Below are positions 57,944 to 64,000 of a stretch of DNA of 64,000 nucleotides, in pieces. The stretch's first letter is position 1. Each line of letters opens with the position of its first letter. The translations under genes were made by a program, and so were the position numbers. This stretch comes from Candidatus Latescibacterota bacterium. GTDB lineage: Bacteria > Latescibacterota > UBA2968. Below the pieces are notes generated by a model that made no database searches, was not told the DNA's origin, and saw only the letters and a program-made list of their open reading frames with translations. Location of the stretch: assembly GCA_965207885.1 (NCBI GenBank), contig OZ242311.1:5504001-5568000 (forward strand), read 5' to 3'.

Positions 57944-58390
57944 CTATCCTGCAGACGCACGCGCCTCCGCGTCAATCGCGCCAAAGAGTTGCCGCGTCAT
58001 CAAACGGGCTGCGCTGGCGTGCATGCGCTGCCCCACAGCGGCGATTGGCCCGCCGATTTGCACATCGCCCTCAAACGAAATCCGCGTATTCTCGCCTTCA
58101 GGGGCGAGTTCCACAACACCCTCCCCCTTGACGAACCCGGTCGTGCCCTTGATATCGATCACCATCGTATAGCGCTCGGGCGGTTGAATATCTGAAAGCG
58201 TGACACTACCCGTGTATTTGCCGCGAACGGGACCAATCCCCGCTGAAACGGCCATGTCATAAACTCCATCTTCCCTGTGTTCCAGCTTGTCGCAACCGGG
58301 CATACAGCGAGCGAGCACCTCGGGATCGATAAGCAATTCAAAAGCGCGCTCAACCGTCGCGCCAATGGTATGTGTACCCGTGAGTTTCAA
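57944..58390 (-). CDS. coxG: CoxG/SRPBCC-family protein (TTG start 58390)
   Basis: LIDPEVLARCMPGC, GIGPVRGKY, GGPIAAVGQRM; AGGAGG RBS. Confidence 0.82.
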   Translation of the reverse strand: MKLTGTHTIGATVERAFELLIDPEVLARCMPGCDKLEHREDGVYDMAVSAGIGPVRGKYTGSVTLSDIQPPERYTMVIDIKGTTGFVKGEGVVELAPEGENTRISFEGDVQIGGPIAAVGQRMHASAARLMTRQLFGAIDAEARASAG

Positions 58391-58400
58391 AACGCCTCCT

Positions 58401-58442
58401 AAAAAAATACAGCCCCCTTCCCCGAAAGAGAAGGGGGCTGTA
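58401..58442 (-). terminator. Intrinsic terminator between coxM and coxG
   Basis: TACAGCCCCCTTCTC-TTTCG-GGGAAGGGGGCTGTA-T7. Confidence 0.75.
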
Positions 58443-58445
58443 AAA

Positions 58446-59303
58446 TCAAGCTGCGCGTTCAATTGCCTGGCTCAATGCCCGTTGGGCAAACACGCGAGCC
58501 AAATGGGCGCGGTAATCGCCAGAAGCGTGGTGATCTTCCTGAAATTCCTCCACGCCATCAGCCGCATGGGCCGCTGCATCGACCACAGCGTCAATACCCT
58601 GCCCCACAAGCGCGTCTTCGACCGCATGTGCGCGGTACGCCGCAGGCGCAACACCGGTAACACCCACAGCCACAGAAGCGCAGTTGCCCGCATCATCCAG
58701 CGTGACATGAGCCGCAACGCCTGCAAGGGCAAAACCGGACGCAGATTGTCGCATCTTGACATACGCACCACCCGAATTCTCGGGCGGCGTAGCAATGCGA
58801 ATACCAGTAAGAACCTCGTCGGGTTGCAAATCTGTGATAAAAAGATCTACAAAAAAATCAGACGCAGCAACCGCGCGTTCACCATTGGGACCGGCAATAT
58901 CGAATTGTGCATCGAGGGCGAGCATAGTCGCTGGCCAATCCGCAGCCGGATCGGCATGGGCAATACTCCCGCCCACAGTGCCCCGATTCCGCACCTGCGC
59001 ATCGCCAATTTCCGCTGCAGTCTCGGGCAAAAGTGAACATTTTGAAGGCAACAAGCGATGGCTTTCCACAGCATAATGCGTGGCCAGAGCACCAATGGTA
59101 ATGGTCTCATCGCCCGCTGTCACTCTTTTTAAGCCAGCAATGCCGCCCAGATCAATAATGACCGAAGGCGCGGCAAGACGCAATTTCATAGACGGAATCA
59201 GACTGTGACCGCCCGCCAGTACTTTGGCATCGTCGCCGAACTCCTGCACCAGCCGCATCGCGCTTCTCATAGTTTTGGGTGCGTGGTAATCAAAGGGGGT
59301 CAT
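58446..59303 (-). CDS. coxM: Molybdenum hydroxylase FAD subunit (CoxM-like)
   Basis: FDYHAP, LAGGHSL, QVRNRGTVGGS.AHADP. Confidence 0.88.
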   Translation of the reverse strand: MTPFDYHAPKTMRSAMRLVQEFGDDAKVLAGGHSLIPSMKLRLAAPSVIIDLGGIAGLKRVTAGDETITIGALATHYAVESHRLLPSKCSLLPETAAEIGDAQVRNRGTVGGSIAHADPAADWPATMLALDAQFDIAGPNGERAVAASDFFVDLFITDLQPDEVLTGIRIATPPENSGGAYVKMRQSASGFALAGVAAHVTLDDAGNCASVAVGVTGVAPAAYRAHAVEDALVGQGIDAVVDAAAHAADGVEEFQEDHHASGDYRAHLARVFAQRALSQAIERAA

Positions 59304-59306
59304 CGT

Positions 59307-61640
59307 TCAAGTCTCCTGCATGAGTTTCCAGAGTTTTTCAGGGCGCAAAGGCAGATCGATATGTCGCACACCAAAAGGTTTCAGCGCGTCAATCACCGCA
59401 TTGGCTATCGCGGGCGTGGAACCAATCGTACCCGCTTCGCCCACACCTTTGACACCCATTGGATTGACGGGCGAAGGCGTGACCGTATTCGCCAATTCAA
59501 AGCGCGGGAAATTGTGCGCTTTGGGCAAAGCATAATCCATAAATGAACCGGTGATCATCTGCCCGCTTTCGTCGTAAATGGCTTCCTCGTAAAGGGCTTG
59601 TCCCACCCCCTGTGCAATACCGCCGTGTACCTGGCCTTCAACAATCAGCGGATTGATAATATTCCCGCAATCGTCAACGGCGATATAACGCTGTATCTCG
59701 ACCTCACCCGTATCGGCATCGACCTCGACCACGGCGATGTGCGTACCAAACGGATAGGTAAAGTTTGGCGGCTCAAAAAAGTGCGACTCAGCCAAACCGG
59801 GATCTGTTCCCTCCGGAAGTTCCACACCCACATGGGCCACCATAGCAATTTCGCCCAAAGTGAGACCCGACTCGGGCGCACCCTGAACGCAGTATTTGCC
59901 GTCTTCAATCACAATATCCTGCGGATTGCTCTCGAGCAAATGCGCGGCGATATTGACCACTTTATCTTTCACCTTGCCCATCGCATGCACCATCGCCGTA
60001 CCACCCACAGCCGTCGCGCGACTGCCGAAAGTACCAATACCGTATTGCACCGTATCGGTATCGCCGTGGATAATGCGAATATCGTCAATATCAACGCCTA
60101 AACCATCGGCAATAAGCTGGGCAAAAGTGGTCTCCTGCCCCTGTCCGTGGGGCGATACACCCGTGAGCACAGTAACCTTACCCGTGGGATCTACGCGCAC
60201 AGTGCTGCTTTCCCATCCACCAGCGGGCATCGCAGCAGAAGGACCCATCCCGCAAATCTCCACATAAGTGGAAAATCCAATACCGAGGTACCGACCCTCT
60301 TCGCGTAATTCGGCCTGCTGCTCGCGCAAAGTGTCGTAATCGGCGATCTTGAGCGCTTTATCGAGCGCAGCCGTATAGTCGCCGCTATCATAAGCCAGCG
60401 CAGTTCCCGTTTCATAGGGAAAGGCATCTTTGCCAATAAAGTTTTTGCGCCGCACCTCCAGGGGATCCAGATCCAGATCGTGCGCCACCACATCGATCAT
60501 GCGCTCAATGAGATACGTGGCCTCGGGACGTCCCGCACCCCGATAAGCATCCGTCGCCATTTTATTGGTAAAAGCGGCTGTGAGATTCATCTGCACATTT
60601 TTAAAAGTGTAAGAACCGCACAGCATCAAACCCGTAAGCGTGGGAATGGCTGGCGTGAGCAACTGATAATAAGCCCCCACATCAGCCGTAACCGTGTATT
60701 TGAGACCGAGGATCGTACCGTCGTCTTTCACCGCAAGTTCGACATCCCCAGTCTGATCGCGTCCGTGAATCGTATGCACAAAATTTTCACGCCGCCCTTC
60801 AATCCACTTCACGGGCTGCCCGAGATATTTTGCCATATGCCCGAGCAGGGCTTCTTCGGCATACACATTGAGCTTGCAACCAAAGCCACCACCCACTTCG
60901 GGCGCGATAACGCGCACGTGATTTTCGGCCATACCCAGCATAACGGATATTTGCGTGCGCAAAAGATGGGGAATTTGCGTAGATGACCATAAATTGAGCT
61001 GGTCTTTGCCGGGCAAATATTGGGCAACCACGCCCCGCGTTTCCATAGGATTGGGAACCAGACGTTGATGGTCAATTCGCTGGCTGACGACATGATCGGC
61101 TTCGGCAAAAGCCGCATCAACATCGCCCCCGGCAATACTCCAGGTAAAAGCCATATTATCGTCCCAATCTTCGTGAATAACAGGCGCGCCATCGGCAAAA
61201 GCCGCATCAGCCGAGTTAATAGCATCAAGAGGTTCGTAATCGACCTCAATCAAATCCAGTGCATCTTGAGCAATGTACGCATCAGTCGCTGCAACAGCGG
61301 CGATGGGTTCACCGACAAAACGCACTTTTCCGGTTGCGAGCACGGGATGATGGGGCACCTTAATACCCGGAAATCCCTCCGGATCTGTAGCCGCACAGGG
61401 AATCCCACCAATGACTTCTTGGACATCATCGCCAGTGACAACAGACTTGACGCCGGATAAATTTTGAGCCGCATCGGTATTAACACTATTGATGCGCGCA
61501 TGGGCATAAGGGCTTCGCAAAATCGCGACATGCAACAAATTGGGCAACTTGATGTCATCGACGTAATGAGCAAGGCCCTGAATCAATCGGGGGTCTTCTC
61601 GGCGCTTAATACGGGCGCCAACAGATTTGCTAACAGGCAT
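59307..61640 (-). CDS. coxL: Molybdenum hydroxylase large subunit, form II CoxL-like
   Basis: GGGFG, AYRGAGRPE (form II motif), HGQG, KGVGEAG. Confidence 0.85.
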   Translation of the reverse strand: MPVSKSVGARIKRREDPRLIQGLAHYVDDIKLPNLLHVAILRSPYAHARINSVNTDAAQNLSGVKSVVTGDDVQEVIGGIPCAATDPEGFPGIKVPHHPVLATGKVRFVGEPIAAVAATDAYIAQDALDLIEVDYEPLDAINSADAAFADGAPVIHEDWDDNMAFTWSIAGGDVDAAFAEADHVVSQRIDHQRLVPNPMETRGVVAQYLPGKDQLNLWSSTQIPHLLRTQISVMLGMAENHVRVIAPEVGGGFGCKLNVYAEEALLGHMAKYLGQPVKWIEGRRENFVHTIHGRDQTGDVELAVKDDGTILGLKYTVTADVGAYYQLLTPAIPTLTGLMLCGSYTFKNVQMNLTAAFTNKMATDAYRGAGRPEATYLIERMIDVVAHDLDLDPLEVRRKNFIGKDAFPYETGTALAYDSGDYTAALDKALKIADYDTLREQQAELREEGRYLGIGFSTYVEICGMGPSAAMPAGGWESSTVRVDPTGKVTVLTGVSPHGQGQETTFAQLIADGLGVDIDDIRIIHGDTDTVQYGIGTFGSRATAVGGTAMVHAMGKVKDKVVNIAAHLLESNPQDIVIEDGKYCVQGAPESGLTLGEIAMVAHVGVELPEGTDPGLAESHFFEPPNFTYPFGTHIAVVEVDADTGEVEIQRYIAVDDCGNIINPLIVEGQVHGGIAQGVGQALYEEAIYDESGQMITGSFMDYALPKAHNFPRFELANTVTPSPVNPMGVKGVGEAGTIGSTPAIANAVIDALKPFGVRHIDLPLRPEKLWKLMQET

Positions 61641-61650
61641 GGGGCGCCTC

Positions 61651-62115
61651 CTATGTGGTCATTTTTTTCGATGCGTATTGAACCGCATCGACAATGTGTT
61701 GGTACCCTGTACAGCGGCACAAATTGCCTTCTATACCGCGACGAATATCGGCTTCGCTGGGTTTGGGATTGCGTTCTAAAAGCTGGTGCGCGGCAATAAT
61801 CATGCCCGGGGTACAAAAACCGCACTGCAATCCGTGACACTCCCAGAAGCCCTCCTGAATAGGGTGCAATTCACCATTTTGGGCAAAGCCCTCAATGGTC
61901 GTAATTTCAGCACCATCGGCTTGCACTGCCAAAACCGTACACGATTTGACAGCATCTCCATTGAGCATCACACTGCACGCGCCACATAGGCTGGTCTCGC
62001 AGCCCACATGCGTGCCAGTAAGCCCGACGACATCGCGCAAAAAATGCACGAGCAACATCCGCGGTTCGATGTCGTGGCTTTGATGCTCCCCGTTCACAGT
62101 GACTTCAATTTTCAC
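61651..62115 (-). CDS. coxS: 2Fe-2S subunit (CoxS-like)
   Basis: [27 protein letters not shown]. Confidence 0.9.
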   Translation of the reverse strand: MKIEVTVNGEHQSHDIEPRMLLVHFLRDVVGLTGTHVGCETSLCGACSVMLNGDAVKSCTVLAVQADGAEITTIEGFAQNGELHPIQEGFWECHGLQCGFCTPGMIIAAHQLLERNPKPSEADIRRGIEGNLCRCTGYQHIVDAVQYASKKMTT

Positions 62116-62242
62116 GCAAGCCTCCTTTGAAAAGGGGGGGAAGAAAAAATAAACTTACACTCTACCGCAAGATATGGCGCATGAGAACGCCATGCAAATA
62201 GTTTCTCTAACGCACAGGTGAACCGTCTTGGGATACGACCCA

Positions 62243-63388
62243 TTATTTATTTTTTTCTTCATCTAATTTTTCAAGTGCTTTGCGGGCAGATTCTTGTTTG
62301 GGCCTCCACTTGAGAGCAGTTTGGAACGCCTCGCGAGCCTTTTGGATTTCGTTTTGATGAAGATAAATTTGCCCTATCCGGTTATATGCGTTACCTCTTG
62401 TTCGGTCTGAACCTGGTGGTAGAATTTGCAGACACTCTTTGAAGTATTCAAGACCGAGGTCAAGTCTATCCCCAGATTCCGCTAATATGCGTCCCAAAGC
62501 GTATAATGCATTCATTTTACGTGCTTGAAATGTTATTATCTTTTCAAATGATGAAATAGTTGTATTGCGCCTTACCGATAGGGAATCGGTCGTTATCTGG
62601 AGACATTGTTCCGCAGCGCGATATGCTCGATCAGGTTGTTTGAGACTCAGCAAATAGGTACGGAGCGTACTTAAGGCACGACTGGAAAAAGGGTGTTGTT
62701 GCACATAAGATTCGAGCAACTCAACGGCTTCTTCACGACGTTCTGTTTGCCAGAGATGCTCGCCAAGCCATAAAACGGGCCGGGGGCTGGATGGGGCTTT
62801 TTCTAATGCGGTTCTCAACTCCTGTTCGGCTTTATCCCACTCATCCCTGCTGCGATAAATTTCAGCTTGTTCTGCATACCCCCTGATGGGATCGCGCATC
62901 TTAATCTGATCGGCCAGATTTTGTGCTTCTTCTTTTTTTCCCCCTACAATACCCGGTGCTTCAAGATGATATCTTATCAAGTAAAACCGCGCTTCAATAT
63001 GGTCTGGATCCAGAGCAATGACTTTTTCCATGGCTTTTTTTGTATTGCGAGCGTGTCCAAACCTCTTGAAAATGCTGGCTGTCACCGCTTTTTCACCATA
63101 CATTTGTCCCAGCCACCAGTAATAATTGGCATTGTGGGGATCGAATTTAGCGGCTTTCTCAAAATGGTCAACAGCATCATCTAATCTATTATCCCAAAAT
63201 GCTAATCGACCTAAAAGAAAGTGTATCTCGCCTTTATCCGACGATGTTTTTAGAAGCGTTTGTAAATGCGCCTCTGCTTTCTCATAGTGTCCGGCAATAA
63301 ATGCGTCGAAAACCTGGCGCAACGACGCATCGGCCTGCCCCATCAAGAGTAGAAACCACAGAGCCAGAATTAAATATCTCAAACGCAT
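62243..63388 (-). CDS. Secreted tetratricopeptide-repeat protein (start at ATG 63388)
   Basis: Signal peptide, multiple TPR-like helices, APGIVGG motif. Confidence 0.8.
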   Translation of the reverse strand: MRLRYLILALWFLLLMGQADASLRQVFDAFIAGHYEKAEAHLQTLLKTSSDKGEIHFLLGRLAFWDNRLDDAVDHFEKAAKFDPHNANYYWWLGQMYGEKAVTASIFKRFGHARNTKKAMEKVIALDPDHIEARFYLIRYHLEAPGIVGGKKEEAQNLADQIKMRDPIRGYAEQAEIYRSRDEWDKAEQELRTALEKAPSSPRPVLWLGEHLWQTERREEAVELLESYVQQHPFSSRALSTLRTYLLSLKQPDRAYRAAEQCLQITTDSLSVRRNTTISSFEKIITFQARKMNALYALGRILAESGDRLDLGLEYFKECLQILPPGSDRTRGNAYNRIGQIYLHQNEIQKAREAFQTALKWRPKQESARKALEKLDEEKNK

Positions 63389-63452
63389 TATTTTTAACCC
63401 CTTTCGTAATTTGGCGAGATAGCAACTACCCATTATACAACAGGAGAAACCC

Positions 63453-64000
63453 ATGAAAACACTTTACTACGTCGCCGACCCCATGTGTTCGTGGTGCTGG
63501 GGATTTCAGCCAGTATTGGAAAAAATAAAAAAAGCCGTACCCGAAAAGTTATCACCCGTATATATCATGGGAGGATTGGCGCGCGACACCGATGAACCCA
63601 TGCCCGATGTGATGCAGGCACATATCCAGCGCGCATGGCGCGAAGTAGCGACGATAACAGGCGCGAATTTTAACTGGGACTTTTGGGAAAAATGCAAACC
63701 GCGGCGATGCACATATCCCTCTTGCAGGGCATTTTATGCGGCTCAAAATCAGGGAGCGGGAACTGAAATGTTCGAGGCAATTCAATGCGCCTATTACCAG
63801 GCAGCGCGCAACCCCTCAGATGTAGAGGTCCTCGTCGCATTGGCGGGTGAAATCGGATTAGACACACAGCGATTTGCCCGCGATCTATCCTCACCCGAAA
63901 CAGAACAACAGATGCAAGATGGATTTAATATCAGGCGGTCAATGAATGCCAATCAATTTCCAAGTCTCGTCGTAAGAAACAACGCGTCCGTAACCTTCAT
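63453..64000 (+). CDS. DsbA-family protein, truncated by window end
   Basis: Not in track; MKTLYYVADPMCSWCWGF..., AGGAG RBS, FPSL cis-Pro region near end. Confidence 0.85.
   Translation, partial: MKTLYYVADPMCSWCWGFQPVLEKIKKAVPEKLSPVYIMGGLARDTDEPMPDVMQAHIQRAWREVATITGANFNWDFWEKCKPRRCTYPSCRAFYAAQNQGAGTEMFEAIQCAYYQAARNPSDVEVLVALAGEIGLDTQRFARDLSSPETEQQMQDGFNIRRSMNANQFPSLVVRNNASVTF

Noticed and set aside
59307-61640. Bona fide form I aerobic CO dehydrogenase
   Set aside because: Lacks the AYXCSFR motif and M-S-L order
62116-62242. Moco riboswitch upstream of coxS
   Set aside because: Only a short ATGGCG/CGCCAT hairpin; no recognisable Moco RNA motif
227-63894. Many long antisense or overlapping ORFs in the track (e.g. 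2748..3620, 12801..13862, 15504..16640, 45868..46905)
   Set aside because: They shadow well-supported genes on the opposite strand and have no motifs or RBS; explained by codon bias
1-64000. CRISPR array, tRNA or rRNA genes
   Set aside because: No regularly spaced repeat-spacer array, cloverleaf or rRNA-like stretch found by eye; repeats seen are REP-like or coding

Overview
A 64-kb bacterial chromosomal window from a diderm organism. TonB-dependent receptors, a PorV-like barrel, T9SS-type C-terminal domains, dockerin-like EF-hand tails, and multiple PhyH dioxygenases and sulfatases suggest an FCB-superphylum lineage such as Latescibacterota or Gemmatimonadota (inference only). Gene content: a PhyH/sulfatase cluster; three DUF1800 paralogs with DUF1501; an OMP-TBDR-CTD cargo-PorV-lipoprotein operon; pfkB, archaeal-type aspS, a methyltransferase, ggt and a VOC gene; an ECF/anti-sigma/Spy cluster; ilvB; an AzgA-type permease; tandem TBDRs; archaeal-type pheST; an IS4 element; a fused ECF sigma; a TA pair; and form II coxSLMG. 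The most interesting signals lie outside the ORF track. (1) A 29-aa NNNDDNN leader peptide with a complete terminator/antiterminator precedes an archaeal-type, probably non-discriminating AspRS. (2) A predicted secreted UxxC selenoprotein (in-frame TGA plus SECIS-like hairpin) is fused to two Ig-like repeats and a dockerin-like tail. (3) A Phe T-box controls archaeal-type PheRS. (4) A 59-aa leader/attenuator precedes the VOC-ggt genes, and an Ile/Val/Thr leader precedes ilvB. (5) An IS4 element with a 9-bp target duplication sits between the RBS and ATG of a membrane-anchored ECF sigma. No rRNA, tRNA or CRISPR array was seen. All family calls come from motif recognition, not database searches.
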